From a virus, in the IMG/VR virus record IMGVR_UViG_3300040759_000032, positions 32,001 through 96,000 of that record: a stretch of DNA of 64,000 nucleotides; one strand, given 5' to 3'. Positions 63,434 to 64,000 of this stretch are shown here, in pieces. Each line of letters opens with the position of its first letter. Positions within the stretch are counted from its first letter, which is position 1. Under the pieces are notes generated by a model. That model was given only the letters and a program-made list of their open reading frames with translations, had not been told where the DNA came from and ran no database searches. A program made the translations under genes and the position numbers.

Positions 63434-63859
63434 CTACCGGAACCACGTCCGCCCGTCCCGGTGCCACGTCCCCTCCGGATGAGGCTCAAGCTCGCACCTG
63501 AGCGGCGTCGGGCCCTGCGCCGGGTCGAAGTACACGGCCTGGCTCGGATGCACGGGGATCCGGTTCATGATCAGCTCGTTCCGGAACGCGACCTTGACCG
63601 ACTCGTCAGGCGCGAACAGGACGGCCTGGCAGAACGGGTCCGGGGGGAGTGCCGCGCGGGCCGCGTACTCGTCGGACTCCCGCGCCGACGGCCACCTCCC
63701 CGCCGCCCATAGCTCGTCAAGCCACCGTTCGAACTGGGCCAGCGTCAGCGTCCCCGCAGGTGCGGTGATCTCCGGGTCAGGCGGGACGGGGTACCTCGCC
63801 GCGAAGTCCGCCCGCACGGCGCCGGCGATCGCGGTGAAGAAGTCGTCCCAGTCGGTCAC
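63434..63859 (-). CDS. Hypothetical protein
   Basis: GTG start; CELEPHPEGTWH. Confidence 0.5.
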   Translation of the reverse strand: MTDWDDFFTAIAGAVRADFAARYPVPPDPEITAPAGTLTLAQFERWLDELWAAGRWPSARESDEYAARAALPPDPFCQAVLFAPDESVKVAFRNELIMNRIPVHPSQAVYFDPAQGPTPLRCELEPHPEGTWHRDGRTWFR

Positions 63860-64000
63860 GGGCTCGCCGCCTTTACTCGCCCCGTCACCGGGCTGACGTG
63901 CGGAGCCCACTCCCGCCTGTACCCGCCCCTGAACCTGTAGCCGTGACCGAGCAGGCAGAGAGTCTCGCACCAGCCGTCGGGACGGACGTCCGCGTACCCG

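Larger units (their letters stand above)
1..64000. mobile_element. Actinomycete temperate phage/prophage or phage-plasmid, partial (early region to packaging/head genes)
   Basis: TerS/TerL/portal, CI/Cro switch, replication initiator, phage MTases, DUF5131, many small coupled ORFs; no host core genes seen. Confidence 0.92.

Noticed and set aside
1-64000. Integrase, att sites, tRNA, rRNA or CRISPR arrays
   Set aside because: None recognised by eye; short tRNAs or att sites cannot be excluded without a scan.

Overview
The whole 64 kb window looks like part of a large, very GC-rich temperate phage or phage-plasmid of a filamentous actinomycete. I found no host housekeeping genes, rRNA, tRNA, CRISPR array or integrase. 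Layout: (i) 0.5-25.6 kb, a leftward early operon of translationally coupled genes (BldC-like HTH, three DNA methyltransferase loci, a replication initiator with internal iterons, DUF5131, a gp3-like RDF/recombination protein, a PD-(D/E)xK exonuclease, Cro-like gene); (ii) 25.6-26.5 kb, a CI/Cro-like switch; (iii) 26.5-36.3 kb, accessory cargo (XRE regulator, Thg1-like 3'-5' polymerase, a 57-aa FxSxx-COOH RiPP-precursor-like peptide missed by the ORF track, a stand-alone ClpC N-domain, a Phd/RelE toxin-antitoxin pair, a ParB/Srx-like gene); (iv) 36.3-49.5 kb, an apparently co-regulated module with a second replication initiator, XRE/DUF6879, RHH, WhiB, a lysozyme-like protein, a Streptomyces-type TraB/FtsK translocase followed by clt-like repeats, and an Spd-like membrane protein; (v) 50.8-64 kb, the start of the late region (ParB-MTase, TerS, TerL, portal-NUDIX-MuF fusion). 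Most striking: the TerL intein keeps an open ~330-aa linker in its own frame while a complete Zn-finger HNH endonuclease is encoded across it in the +1 frame; an HNH of similar architecture splits a methyltransferase into two genes; and a conjugative-type module sits inside a virion-encoding genome. All family calls come from recognising motifs by eye, with no database searches. A few single-base anomalies could be sequencing errors.
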